A stretch of 64,000 bases of DNA from Mobula hypostoma (taxonomy: Eukaryota). Made by a program: the position numbers and the translations under genes. The stretch lies in NCBI RefSeq assembly GCF_963921235.1, contig NC_086097.1, forward strand, positions 11,594,001-11,658,000. Reading direction: 5' to 3'. Under the pieces are notes generated by a model. The model saw only the letters and a program-made list of their open reading frames with translations. It did not search any database and was not told where the DNA came from. The first letter of the stretch is position 1. Each line of letters opens with the position of its first letter. Positions 26,146 to 40,009 of this stretch are shown here, one piece after another.

Positions 26146-26834
26146 ACTTTCAAAGAGACTCTTTTTCATTGTTATCTAGGGCTGGCATCGCGGTAGTAGA
26201 CCAGCTGCTTTTTATTCTTCTGCTTCCAGTGACCATTATTCAACCCTAACCTCTGAGACCATCTGTGTGGAACTCGATGTTCTCCCTTCAATTGCATTGG
26301 TTCCATCTGGGTGCTCCAATTCCCTCCCACATCCAAAAGATATGCGAGGGATACTAGATTAATTGTCCACTATAGGTTGCTCCTACTACATGAATCATCA
26401 TAGGCTGGTATTGGAGTTGGTTTATTATTGTCACACGTGCTGAGATGCAGTGAAAAGCTTGTCTTGCACACTGATGGGATTATACAGATCAAATCTTTAC
26501 ATGGCGCATTGAACTAGAATAAGGTAAAACAATAACAATGCAGAATAAAGTGTAAAAGCTACCGAGAAAGTGCAAGGTAGATTGTAAGGCCAAGAGTTCA
26601 TATTTTCAGTCAAGAGATCCGTTCAAGAGTCTGATAACAGTGGGACAGAAAATTTCAAAGTTCAAAGTAAATTTTATTATCAGAGTGCACATATGTCACC
26701 ACATACAACTCTGAGATTTATTTTCTTGTAGACGTACTCAGCAAATCTATAGCATAGTAACTATAACAGGATCAATGAAAGATCAACTGGAGTGAAGAAG
26801 ACAACAAACTGTGCAAATGCAAGTATAAATAAAT

Positions 26835-29275
26835 ACCACAAATTCACCATTCTCTGATGAAAGAAACCTCTGCATCTCTGTTTTAAATGGATGTCCCTCT
26901 ATTCTGAGTCTGTGCCCTCTTGTCCTAGACTCCTCCGCCATGGGAAACATCCTTTCCACATCCACTCTTAGGACTTTCAACATTCAAAAGGTTTCAATGA
27001 GATTCCTCCCTTGTTATCCTTCTGAATTCCAGTGAGTACAGACCCAGAGCCATCAAACGTTCCTCATATGGTAACCCTTTTGTTCCTGGAATCATCCTTG
27101 TGAACCTCCTCTGAACTCTCTCCAATGCTAGCACATCTTTTCTTCGATAAGGAGCCCAAAACTGTTCACAATATTCAAGGTGAGGCCTCACCAATGCCTT
27201 ATACAGCCTCAGCATCACAACCCTACTGTTGTACTCTAGACCTCTTGAAATGAATGCTATCATTGCATTTGCCTTCCTCACCACAAACTCTACCTGCAAG
27301 TTAAACTGACAAGGAATCCCAAGTCCTTTTGTATCTTAGATTTTTGGATTTTCTCCTTGGTTAGACAATAGTCCGCATATTTATTTCTTCCACCAATGTA
27401 CATTACCATGCATTTTCCTACACTGTATTTTATTTGCCACTCTCTTGCTCATTCTTTTAATCTATCTAAGTCCCTCTGCAGCCTTCCCCTGCAGAACACC
27501 ACTAGTCACTGGTAGCTGACCCGAAAAGGATCCTTTTATAAACAAGAGAAAATTCGGAGATGCTGGAAATCTGAGCAACACACACAAAATGCTGGAGGAA
27601 CTCAGCAGGCCAGGCAGTATCTATGGAAAAAAGTACAGTCAATGTATTTGTCCAAAACCCTTCCGCAGGATCCTTTAATTCCCACTCACTGCCTCCTACT
27701 GATCAGTCAATGGTCTAATCATGCCAGTAACTTTCTTGTAATACCATTGGGTCTTAACTTGGTAAGCAGCCTCATGCATCTTGTCAATGACCTTCTGAAG
27801 GTCCAGATATATAACATCCACTACATTCCCTTTATCTATCCTAAGTGTAATCTCCTCAAAGAATTCCAACAGGTTTGTCAGGCAAGATTTTCCCTTAAGG
27901 AAACCATGCTGACTTTGTCCAATCTTGCTCTGTGTCACTAAATTCTCCATAACTTGAGGTCAGGCTAACTGTTCTATAATTTTCTTTCTGCTGCCTTCCT
28001 CCTTTCTTAAAGAGTCGATGGGCATTTGCAATTTTCCAGTCCTCCAGAACCATGCCAGACTCCAATGATTTTTGAAAGATGCCTCAATAATCTCTACTGC
28101 TACCTCTTTCAGAACCCTAGGGTGCAGTTCATCTGGGCCGGGTGACTTATGTACCCTTAGGTCTTCCAGCTTTTTGAGCACCTTCTCTCTTGTAAGAGTA
28201 ACACTTCTCTTCCTTCACATACTACAACATCAGGCATACTGTTGGTGTCTTCCACAGTGAATGCTGATTCAGAATACTTATTTAGTTAATCTGCCATCTC
28301 CTTGTCCCCAGTTATTATTTCTCTGGCTTCATCTTTTAGCAGTCCTATATCCACTCTCATCTCTCTGTCAGTTTTTACGTACATGGGAAAGCTTTTACTA
28401 GCCACTTTGATATTGTTTGCTAGCTTGCTTTCATATTTCATCTTTTCCCTCTTAATGATTCTTTGAGTTGCCCTCTGTAGGGTTTTAAAAGCTTCCCATT
28501 GCTCTGACTTCCCACTAATTGTTGCTTTGTTGTATGCCCTCTCTTTTGTTTTTATAGTAGCTTTGACTTCCCTTGTCAGTCATGGTTGTACTATTTTGCC
28601 ATTTGTGTACTTTGTTTTTGGAATACATTTATCCTGCGGCTTCCTCATTTTTCCTAGAAACTCATGCCGTTGTTGCTCTGCTCTTATCCCTGCCAGCATC
28701 TCCTTCCAAGTTACTTTGGCCAACTCCTCTTTCATACCACTGTAATCTCCTTTACTCCACTGAAATACTGCTATGTCAACATTTACTTACTCTATACCAA
28801 ATTTCAAGTTGAACTGAATCCTACTGTGATCACTGCCTCCAAAGGGTTCTTTTACCTTAAGATCCCTAATCACCTTCAGTTCATTACATAACACCTAATG
28901 CAGTGTAGCTGATCCCCTAGTAGGCTCTAAAAAGCCAAATCGTAGGCATTCAACAAGCTCACCGACTTGAGATCCATTTCCAACCTGATTTCCCAATCAG
29001 CGTGTAAGTTGAAATCTCCCATGACAATCATAATGTTTTCCTTTTGACACACCTTTTCTATTTCCTGTTGTAATACGTGGTCCACATCCCAGCTACGGTT
29101 GGGAGGCCTGTATACAGTATAACTGCCATCAGACTTTTACTCTTGCAGTTTCTTAACTCAACCCACAAGGATTCAACATCTTCCGATCCTATGTCACATC
29201 TTTCTACTGAGTTGATGCTATTCTTTACCAGTAGAGCCACACCACCCCATCTGCCGAACTTCCTATCCCGTTTTT
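26835..29275 (-). mobile_element. CR1 LINE ORF2, degraded, containing a Penelope-like unit
   Basis: RPHLEYCEQFWAP, QHGFLKGKSCLTNL, KSPGPDELHPRVL, VESLWVELRN. Confidence 0.9.
27537..27670 (-). mobile_element. About 130-bp Penelope-like terminal unit beginning at a decayed hammerhead
   Basis: Flanked by AGGATCCTTT at 27527-27536 and 27667-27676. Confidence 0.8.
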
Positions 29276-30039
29276 TCCTTTCTGTACTTTCAAACAAGTG
29301 TTGCCGACCTGCGAGAAACCTTATTGCTGTGCCTGCTCCTGATGCTGATTCAGTTGTCGGAATTCTTTTGTACATTAGTTGTTTCTCAGAGTTTGTTTGT
29401 GTGTAGATTTTCATTGATCCTATTGTATATCTTCGATTTACTGTGAATGCCTGCAAGATAATGAATCTCAGAGTTGTATATGGTGACATACATGTACTTT
29501 GATAATAAATTTACTTTGAATATTTACATTTTTACTCTCCATCGTGTCAACGAAGGTGGAAAATGGAAGTGATGTTGCTCACACCACATTTGCATTTGCT
29601 GCTTTTGTCTCTTTGTTGGTGGAGATGATAGAGATAATAACTGTTCCTGGACCTGGTGGTGTGGGCCCTGTACCTCCTTCCTGATGGTAGGAGTGAGAAG
29701 AGAGAGAAGAGAGTGAGTGAGCATCTGGCTTTGGTGTGTGTAGTCGTGTTTGTAAACTGCAGGTCTAGCATAATGGGAGGTCCTATTCAGGCCAGTATAT
29801 AACGTCCCCACACCAAGCGACACCTTCCCCTCTAATCGCCCCTAACAAGGAGATCAAAGGAACGATGATGCGTAATCATCATCATTTCTATTTGAAAGAA
29901 GGGTCCCAGCTCGAAAAATCAACTCTTTATTCCTGTCCCTAGATGATGCCTGACCTTCTGAGTCCCTCCAGCATTTTGTATGTGTCACTCTGGGTTTCCA
30001 GCATTTGCAGAACCTCTTGTGTTTATCACTTCTATTCTT

Positions 30040-30320
30040 GAGCACCGTGGTAGTGTAGTGGTTAGTCCAGCTTGGGGAGTCTGCATCCAGAGTTGAATTC
30101 TGGTGCCGTCTGTAAGAAGTTTGTACATCCTCCTGTGAGTGCGTGGAATTCGTCCAGGTGTTCCAGTTTCCTCCCACTGTCCAAAGATGTTCTGGTTGAT
30201 AGGTTAACTGGTTGTTGTAAATTTCCCTGTGATTAGACTTGGGTTAAGTAGGTGGGTTGCTGGGCGGTGTGGCTCATTGGACTAGAGTGACCTGTTCCAC
30301 GGCTGTATGTCTAAGTAAAA
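30040..30320 (+). mobile_element. V-SINE (HE1-like)
   Basis: TAGTGTAGTGGTTAG head and V-domain CCAGTTTCCTCCCACTGTCCAAAGA. Confidence 0.75.
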
Positions 30321-30529
30321 TCAATTTCCCCCTCCTAGTTGCCAAGCATCCTCACATATAATAAGTTTGTTCATTATTTGCATCCTAGAATTTATTGGCT
30401 AACACCACAGTGGAACTGACTTCACCACAAGTGATGCAATAGTTTAAAAATAAGACCCACCATTATCTTTTCGGAGAACCCAAATATTGACAATAATAGG
30501 CAACACTGCACAATTTCTGGACATAAGTA

Positions 30530-31160
30530 TCACAAACTTGAGAAAACCTGCAGATGCTGGAATTCCAAAGCGATACACACAAAATACTGGAGGAACTCTG
30601 CAGGTCAGGCAGCATCCATGGAAAAGAGTCAACAGTCAATGTTTCAGGCTAAGAGGGAAGGGGAAAGGTGCATGAATTAAATGGTGGGTGGAGGGGAAGG
30701 AGGCTGGCTGGAAGGTGGTGGGTGAAGCCAGGTGGGCGGGAAAGGTCAAGGGATGGAGAAGAAAGAATCTGATAGGATAGGAGAGTGAACAATAGGAGAA
30801 AGGGAAGGAGGAGGGGACTCAGGGGAAGTAATAGGCAGGTGATAAGAAGTAAAAGGTCAGAGAGGAGAATTGGGGGGAGGGAGTGGGAGTTTTGTTCACT
30901 GGAAGGAGAAATTGGTTGGAGGCTACCCAGACAGAATATAAAGTGTTGCTCCTCTTCCCTGAGGGTGGTCTCATCTTGGCGCAAGAGGAGGCCATGGATT
31001 GACACATCGGAACGGGAATAGGAATTAGAATTAAAATGTTTTGCCACTGAAAAGTTCCGCTGGTGGTGGATGGTTTGGAGGTGCTCGATGAAGTGGTCCT
31101 CCAATTTACGATGAATCTCACCAATGTAGAGGAGGCTGCATTGGGAGCGCCTGACCAAAC
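30530..31160 (-). mobile_element. Penelope-like GIY-YIG fragment plus 3' region
   Basis: CSLLYIGE...EHL...AKHFN...EEQHFIFCLGSLQP. Confidence 0.85.
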
Positions 31161-32619
31161 AAATATCACCGAGCATGTTATTTAAATTCACACAAGTGTT
31201 GTCCCTATTCACTGGGACAAAAGGTATCTTAATACTTTGCACTCCCAAGTTAAATGCAGAAAGGGATCATAGTAAATTAAAAAGAAAGTAATTCAGCAGA
31301 GGATATTGTTCCAGTTCGCTGTTAGGCACATTAGTCAGGATAATGTAAGAGATTTGCATTGCATCAGGCTTACTGCTTAATGCTGTGGCCGGCTGGTATC
31401 TCACCATTCTCTTCACCCAACAGTGCTTGTAATGACACTTTATCCCAGTAAGAAATAGTTTCCACATGCATTAACATATAGAATGTATTAACATTTTGTA
31501 TTCATACTATCATCATTCCTCACTTGATGATCAAAAAATGGGAAAAATAAAAAAAATACATCTAAACTGATGCAGTTTTTCATATAGTGAATTCCATTTA
31601 TAACATCAATTTGGTTATCTGGAATGATTGATGTTAATCTATATAAAAGATATTTCAGTTTATAATTTTCCAATAAGATATTCCAGTCACATGTGAATAA
31701 GAATATTATTTAACTGTGTTGTGGGTGCAGGCTCGAACCAATTCAGTGAAAAATGTATGCCTGTGGAACTACCTGTGAATTTTTATATTTTTCAAGTACT
31801 ATTCAAACTTGCAAAGTGAAAATATCCAAAAGTCATTGCAGGAGAAGAATAGAATTCTTAATATTTTTCCATATGAATGTTAGCCATAGTAACCAGCAAC
31901 CATTTCAAAGTTATGGGGGAAGACAAAAATATTTGAAAAAGATCATTTTTCTTTAAGAAATTGCTGATCCACTTGGTGGGATTATCATGATGATTAAGGA
32001 GCTTTGAAGGCTGAGGTTAATTTTTTTTTACTAATTACCACTCCACTGTCATAAAGTTCTCAACATATTTCTGTTCCTTCTGTTTCCCAAGAATATACTT
32101 AATCACTTTCTTCCACTCTCAACCTTAATGTCCAACCCTAACTCAAGCCTTCATTCTATTCCCTAGACAATGAAAGGGATGAACAGGTCATAAACTAGCC
32201 ATTCCATTGTGGAAATACGCCTAAGAGACTTGGTCATATTTGTGTGGACATCGACTTCTTGGGTCAAGACCCTTCATCTGGACTGAAAGACAGAGGGGAT
32301 ATAGCCTGTATAAAAAGGTGGAGGGATGAGTTGAAGTAGCTCCCTCCATTGGTATTGCCTGACCTGCCAGAGTTCGGCCAGCTGTTTTCTAAGTTCCACT
32401 GTCTAATTATTTGTGTAAATATTGAAAATACTGGAAATGTTAACACTTTTGACTGGCACAGCTGCTGCCTGACCTGCTGAGTCTTTTCAGCATTTTCCAT
32501 TTATATTTCAGGTTTCTGGTACCTGAAGCATTTTTCTGAATTTTCACACTGCTCTGTAAATTCTGCATATCTCTCTCACGCTAGAGGTTCTCCTGTTGCG
32601 GAACTCAAAACAAATTCCT

Positions 32620-33075
32620 CAAAACTAATCAATAAGCTTTAAGACTGAGGCCTCAATACCTCTGTGCAATTGGATCCTCGATTTCCTCACTTGCAGAGCC
32701 TAGTCAGTTTGGATTGGCAATGACACTTCCTCCGTAATTTTCATCAGCCCAGGTGAACCACAAGTCTGAATGCTTAACTCCCTGCTGTGTTCATTTTGAC
32801 TTACAGCTGTGAGGCTAACTTTGCTGACAACACCACTGTCGCTGGCTAAATCAAGTGTCGTGACAAATCAGTACGTAGGAGGGAGATTGAAAATCTGGCT
32901 GAGTGATGCCACAATATCAACCCCTCACTCAATGTCAGCAAAACCAAGGAGCTAATTATTGACTACATGAGGAAATCAAAGGTCCATGAGCCAGTCCTCA
33001 TCGCGGGATAAGGGATGCAGAGGGTCAGCAACTTGAAATTCCTTGGTGTTATCATTTCAGAGGATCTGTCCTGGG
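32620..33075 (+). mobile_element. Rex/Babar RT fragment, degraded
   Basis: CNWILDFLT, FADNTT, LNVSKTKELIIDY and KFLGVIISEDLSW remnants. Confidence 0.8.
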
Positions 33076-33259
33076 TGACATCTTCCAGTTTCTGCATAAT
33101 TTATTGCGGTGGCTTTCAATCATCAGATTTATGCCAACTTCAAAGGATACTTTGTCTACAAATACCACAGATAAAACGTCTCCAACCCAAAAAAGTCCTG
33201 AACTTAATTACTATTCCTTGCTGAGTATTTTGATTAAAGTCTGTGTGAATGAGACTTCC

Positions 33260-33605
33260 ATCGCTCAGGGTCAATCATTGATGTTGTGTTCTAGCTGTCT
33301 AGGTACACAAGCCAGGGCAATACAATATGGACAGCAAGCTGTTGCTCATGTAGTAAGCTCCCCCTCTCCATGTATCTGGTGAACCCAAAGGAACAGCGAA
33401 TTTTAGTACCAGTAGCATTGCAGGAGTAGCCAGTCAGCGCTGAACTCAGCATAGGACTGCCTTAGGGACTCCAGCTCTGTGGAATTTTCCCTCAGAAGCT
33501 TGCCCCATAAGTGGGTACAGCCTCAAGACAGTGGAGGTTTCAGATCAGAGTTTTCCTTCTCCTAGTTGAGCTGTCAACGATGGCTGATGGGCCCCATCTG
33601 CCCAA
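33260..33605 (-). repeat. Uninterrupted copy of the repeat at 3455-4822
   Basis: Direct visual alignment to the split copy. Confidence 0.65.
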
Positions 33606-33614
33606 AAAAAAGTC

Positions 33615-33900
33615 TAGACATTGGAGGTATAAGAAGCGAGCTGATATCATCCATCAGGAGGCGACAGTTGGAACTTCTGGGACATGTCCTGAGGAAAGAG
33701 AAGCTTGAACATCTTGCAGTGATGGGAAAAACTTGTGGAAGAAAACTTGTGGTTAACAGCCCATGACATTCATAGGTTACATCAAGGGATGAACAGGGAA
33801 AAGTTTGGAAGAGCTTATGAGAACTTCTCAGATTAAATACAGATGGAAAACCATGATCATCCATGTCATACAACATGGCACATAATGATGATAATGATGA
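33615..33900 (+). mobile_element. RTE-clade LINE 3' end
   Basis: IRRRQLELLGHVLRKEKLEHLAVMGK; (ATG/ATA)n tail. Confidence 0.8.
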
Positions 33901-34439
33901 TTGGAGGAATCTTTTGGTAGGAAAGATAAGATTATGATCATTCCTCCCATCTTCTTATTCAGGCTTTTTCCCCCTTCCTTTCTATTCCTGATGAAGGGTT
34001 GACTGTCCAATCTGTTGACTGTTTATTTCCCTCAGTAGATCCTGCCTGACCTGTTGAGTTACGACAGCTATTTGTATGTGTTACTCTTGCGTTCATGTCC
34101 CCATTCGCAAGTCCCTTGAAACACCAATTCTGTAATTGTATACATGTAAATGTTGTTAAAGGTATGAAGATCGTGTGCAGCACTCAGAGATGTTACCCCA
34201 GTCAGTTCAGTTCAAGCGATTGTATTCAGTCCAGACTGACTCCTGAGGAATCTTTATTTCTGTAACTGTCAGCTAGGTTGCGAATCTGAAACAGTAGAAT
34301 GGTTTAAGTGATTTGTAATTCTGATTGATTAATGTCATTTCCTGTACACAAGTGTAAGAAGAATGAAATAATTATTACTTCAGATCTGATGCTGCACAAA
34401 AAAAACACAAAAGATAAAGCAAAAGATAATATTATTATT

Positions 34440-34898
34440 GTGGGTCAGAGACCCAAAATTGTACTATGACTGATCCGTAATTACAGATGGGACAATCCAT
34501 AATAACTGTCTGGATGTAATATTACATGATAAACAATCAAGAACAACTCATTTAGTAGATATAGCCATTCCAAATACACATAACATACAGAAATCAATCA
34601 TTGAAAAACACCAGAAATATGCTGACTTAAAACAGAAAATTGGAAGACTATGGAACATGAACAGGGTATACATTTTTCCAATTGTAATATCTACAATTGG
34701 TATCATCTCAAAGTCACGGCACAATAGCATTGAACAGTCAGGCCTACACAACAACATTTATGTAAATCTCCAGAAAGCCACAATACTAGACACCACTAGT
34801 AGTCCAAAAGTTCCTAGCAATTGAGAAATGAGTGTGTTTGGCTATGCCCGTACCTCAGGTTTTACCAGCGTGAGCTGAGAGAAAAGAAAAATAATAAT
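34440..34898 (+). mobile_element. R4/Dong-clade LINE 3' fragment (restriction-like endonuclease)
   Basis: Hand translation from 34459: LYYD*SVITDGTIHNNCLDVILHDK...LVDIAIPNTHNIQKSIIEKHQKYADLK...RLW...PIVISTIGII...NLQKATIL; ends in an A-rich run then ATAATAAT. Confidence 0.85.
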
Positions 34899-35025
34899 CT
34901 ACACACAATAAATATAAATACATAGGATAGGTTATATACATAGAGTGATTATATGTCCATTAGGAGATGCTAAGTTGTACGTACGGTGACTGAGGAGAAA
35001 TAATAAAGTAGTGGTGGAGTTAGTA

Positions 35026-36164
35026 CAGATAAACCTTTTTTGCACTGCGGACCAGCCGACCCAGTGGGGGCGGGGGGTAGGGTTGCCAATGGACAAGAAT
35101 AGCAGTCAAATACGTTGTGTTTACCCAGAGAAAGACTACCATGACCATGAAGCCTTGCGTGGGCACCAGTGCGCATGCATGTACATGCCGATTTTTTTCT
35201 ACAAATCGTTTTTGGCGATTCTGTTCGGGGGGGGTGTTAATCACGACTGGAATACAGGTGATAAGTGGCTAATACACTCAATTCTGTTTCTAAAAGGGTT
35301 TATCTAATGAATTTAATATTAAACACACAGCGCATATTTTCCTCGCATGAATATAGTGATAAGTCAATTATCAGGGGAGCTTGAAGTAAGTGTTGAACGA
35401 ACTTCCAGTAGAAGTGGTAGAGGCAGGTTCGATATTATCATTTAATGAAAAATTGGATAGGTATATGGACAGGAAAGGAATGGGGGTTGTGGGTTGAGTG
35501 CACGTCGGTGGGACTAGGTGAGAGTAGTGTATGGCATGGACTAGAAGGGCCGAGATGGCCTGTTTCCGTGCTGTAATTGTCATATGGTTATATAATTCAC
35601 TTATAAATTGATAATACCGTAACATTTTAAGTAACATTTGGATATTAAACACACAGCACATATTTTCCTTGTATGAACATATAAAATCATTGTAACACAT
35701 CAATATCACTGAATCAGTGGGAACCCTGGACTTGTTTCCCTGCAACAAGATGGTCCTATCGAGGGGTGATGGGAGACAGCGATACTCGAAGGGAGTTCCT
35801 TATGTCCAGTCTATTCCACAATTTAGTTTTCGTTGTATTCATTGCAAAAAAATGTTGGAAATGAAAGCAATGCTTTCAGTGCTTTCGTGGCTATCTCAGG
35901 ATACCTAGCCTTGACTTTGATCCAGAATGCCGGCAGAGATGTTATGTCAAACATACTTTTCAGCCCGCCATCATTTGCAAGCTCGAGGAGTTGATCTTCT
36001 TCCCACGCTGACATGGATGATGCGTGCATAATGACCTCATGTGCATTCAAGTTTAACAGTAGGCGTGACAGGGAATGAGTGCAGCTGGCTCATATCGCCA
36101 AATCATATCATTTCCTCGCGACCCGGTAGCACATGCTTTGCGGCCCGGTGGTTGGGGACCGCTG
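35026..36164 (-). mobile_element. Non-autonomous hAT (Buster/Charlie-like) element carrying a CR1 3' fragment (about 35390-35592)
   Basis: EEDQLLELAND...LPAFWIKVKARYPEIATKALK.LLSFPT dimerisation-domain remnant; right end GGTTGGGGACCGCTG; TSD AGTTAGTA/AGTTAGTG. Confidence 0.85.
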
Positions 36165-37644
36165 AGTTAGTGGACTGAGCATAGTGGTGAGGGTATTGAC
36201 ATTATTTGCCGGAAGTATACCAAGCAAACTGAATACGCTTATTTGTTTAAGAATTCTTTGTCTTATTGTAAGTCACCAATTTGAACCTCGATGAGTGACT
36301 GAAATGTTGGGAAGTGTCTGTTCCTACAACTCGGAACAGAATGAATTCAAGCATTGATCACATGAACTTTGTTGGTGTATTGCAAACTAATAGTAAATTA
36401 GAATCTGATGAAATTAAGTGAACAGATTTGACTATGCTCCATGTATCATATAATAGCTATAATGCTGAATATGTATTTTTGGCTGAAAATTGAACATTTC
36501 CAATTCAAAATAATGTAAATTTCTGAAATTCATAGAAGGAAGCAAATATAAAAATACAGGACAAGATAAATCAATATTTGAAAACTCATGAATCTCGCAA
36601 ATCTCAGACAGATTTGAGAGGCAAAGCCCCAAGGAACAGTATTGAATATCTGTAACCTTTATTGACAGAGGTTCTCAATACTACCTCTAGTATTTGAAGC
36701 AAGTATGAATTATAATAAACCTCATCTTGAAAACAGTTGAGAGAAGTGATCGTCAAAATGTTTCCAAAATCATAAATGTCCAATAGCTCAAAATCTTTAG
36801 CGTATAATTTATTATGTTGCTTAAAAAGATTACATACAATTACTGAAATACAGGCGACTACTGTGTTATGACTGTGTGAGTGATGGAAGTTCTCCCTCAC
36901 AGAATTCAGAAATTGCTCTCAAAGGATCTGGGATATGGAATATACAATTTCCTCTTATAAAATTTATGTGAAAAAGGAATAAATAAGAAAACACAAAACT
37001 GGTGTTTTTTTTTTCAACTTATATTTCTTGATGCATGCACAGAGGATGGGACTGTTACAAAAAATTATGATATGGAATGTCTTCCCCCTTCCTCCCTTGT
37101 CATCTAGTTGTATTGCTGTTTATTCGCTACATGTGCAGAAGCCCACATCCCATGTGCTCAACTAGATTTAGTACCTGTTTATTCATCCAGCTGTTTTTAG
37201 AAAAATTATTGTGTATTAAAATGTACTGCTGCTGCAAAATAAAAATTTCATGACATACGTCAGCGATATTAAACCTGATCTGATTCTGAGCTGATTGTAA
37301 CATGTTTAAGTAACCTTTTGGGTCACTGGTGTGCTCAGCAGTTTCCACTCTTTTCAGTCCTTCATAACCACCTGATTACATCAGTGTATAATCTCATCTT
37401 TTCTTAAAAAAAAGTTTCACATGTCCAAATCTTTTCCTATATTTGTAAGTCTTTGTACTAGTAGTTTCCTGCTAAACCTGAACTGCATCTCTAATACATC
37501 ACCATCATCAAAGATATGGTATAGATCTTCAACTCTGCTCAGGTCTTGTGGTCTTAATAATTTGTTGTAAAAGCTTTGTCATCTCAGCATTCTTCCCATG
37601 AAACATATTTCATTCTCAGGTGAAGACAGAACAGACAGCAGATG

Positions 37645-38455
37645 CTGGCACACATAAAACTTAGTTTTGAGGCCAAAGGGTTCCACTTTAGTCTTGTACG
37701 ACCACAAGACCTTCTTTCATATCTTTACAGTATCTTCCAGGTGATGCTTTGCAAAGTCTTTATGGGCAAGGATATGCTTTCTTAGTGGCACATGTGGCAT
37801 AGATCTAATACTATGCATCAGCCAGGTAATACTATACTTACATTCAAGTATGGTGGAGGTTGCATCATGCTATGGGGATACTTCTCTGCTGCACGGGCTG
37901 GAAATCTGGTCAGGATTAATAGAAAGATGAATGCTGTTAAATACAGAGAGATCCAGGATAAAAATCTGCTATCCTCTGCCAGAAAGCTTCAACTGGGGAG
38001 GAGGTTCATCTTTCAGCAGGATAGTGACCCAAAGTACGTTGCCAGAGAAATCATGGAGTGGCTTCAAATGAAGAAAATTGATGCCCTTGAGTGGCCCTGT
38101 CAGGGACCTGAACTTAACCTGATCGAACATCTCTGGCAAGACATCAAGATTTCTATCTACCGTTGCTCCCCAACTAACCTGGGACAGCTTGAACAATTTA
38201 GCAAAGCGGAATGGGCAAATCTTGTTCTATCACATTGTACAAAGCTAACAGAGACCTATGGAAAAAGACAACTTGCTGTAATAGCTGTGAGAGGTGGTTC
38301 AGCTAAGTGCTGAGCGAAGGGGGATAAATACTTTTGAACTGTTGATGTTTCAGATTTTGAATTTTTCGTTTTTTGTGTTTTATAATTTCCCCTGTTTTTT
38401 GGACTCCAGTGTGGGGGGAAAAAAGGAGCATGTGACTTACAAGTAAGAATTTTTA
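37645..38455 (+). mobile_element. Tc1 transposase remnant with its 5' part inverted
   Basis: ORF 37792-38313 (GGGCIMLWG, FQQDSDPK, EWP..GPELNLIEHLW); 37650-37790 encodes FAKHHL...KKVLWS.KTKVE.FG on the - strand. Confidence 0.85.
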
Positions 38456-38457
38456 AT

Positions 38458-39897
38458 TAGAACCATAGAACCATAGAACCATAGAAACTACAGCACAGAA
38501 ACAGGCCCTTTGGCACTTCTTGGCTGTGCCAAACCTTTTTCTGCCTAGTCCCACTGACCTGCACACGGACCATATCCCTCTATACACCTCCCATCCATGT
38601 ATCTGTCCAATTTATTCTTAAATGTTAAAAAAGAACCCGCATTTACCACCTCGTCTGGCAGCTCATTCCATACTCCCACCATTCTCTGTGTGAAGAAGCC
38701 CCCCACTAATGTTCCCTTTAAACTTTTCCCCCCTCACCCTTAACCCATGACCTCTGGTTTTTTTCTCCCCTTGCCTCAGTGGAAAAAGCCTGCTTGCATT
38801 CACTCTATCTATACCCATCATAATTTTATATGCCTCTATCAAATCTCCCTTCATTCTTCTACGCTCCAGGGAATAAAGTCCTAACCTATTCAACCTTTCT
38901 CTGTAACTGAGTTTCTCAAGTCCCGGCAACATCCTTGTAAACCTTCTCTGCACTCTTTCAACCTTATTTATATCCTTCCTGTAATTTGGTGACCAAAACT
39001 GAACACAATACTCCAGATTCGGCCTCACCAATGCCTTATACAACCTCATCATAACATTCCAGCTCTTATACTCAATACTTCGATTAATAAAGGCCAATGT
39101 ACCAAAAGCTCTCTTTACGACCTTATCTACCTGTGATGACACTTTTAGGGAATTTTGTATCTGTATTCCCAGATCCCTCTGTTCCACTGCACTCCTCAGT
39201 GCCTTACCATTAACCCTGTATGTTCTACGTTGGTTTGTCCTTCCAACGTGCAATACCTCACACTTGTCAGTATTAACCTCCATGTGCTATTTTTCAGCCC
39301 ATTTTTCCAGCTGGTCCAAGTCCCTCTGCAGGCTCTGAAAACCTTCCTCACTGTCTACTACACCTCCAATCTTTGTATCATCAGCAAACTTGCTGATCCA
39401 ATTTACCACATTATCATCCAGATCATTGATATAGATGACAAATAACAATGGACCCAGCACTGATTCCTGTGGCACACCACTAGTCACAGGCCTCCACTCA
39501 GAGAAACAATTCTCTACCACCACTCTCTGGCTTCTTCCATCGAGCCAATGTCTAATCCAATTTACTATCTCTCCATGTATACCTAACGACTGAATTTTCC
39601 TAACTAACCTCCCATGCGGGACCTTGTCCAAGGCCTTACTGAAGTCCATGTAGACAACATCCACTGCCTTCCCTTCATCTGCTTCCCTGGTAACCTCCTC
39701 GAAAAACTCTAATAGATTTGTTAAACATGACCTACCACGCACAAAGCCATGTTGACTCTCCCTAATAAGCCCCTGTCTATCCAAATGCTTGTAGATTCTG
39801 TCTCTTAGTACTCCCTCCAATAACTTACCTACTACTGATGTTAAACTCACCGGCCTATAATTTCCCGGATTACTTTTCGATCCTTTTTTAAACCACG
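38458..39897 (-). mobile_element. CR1 LINE, RT to 3' end, well preserved
   Basis: ORFs 39287-39979 and 38663-39283; (AGAACCAT)n tail. Confidence 0.95.
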
Positions 39898-40009
39898 GAA
39901 TTAAATTGATCAAAATCCCAGGATGTAATACACATTTATGTGAACAAAGAGTTGGGGTCTGAACACTTTTATAAGGCACAGTTCTTACACAAATATCTGC
40001 ATGATGCTA

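Noticed and set aside
38458..38490. Short tandem repeats as CRISPR-like or telomeric arrays
   Set aside because: They are 7-8 bp CR1 3' tails with no spacers.
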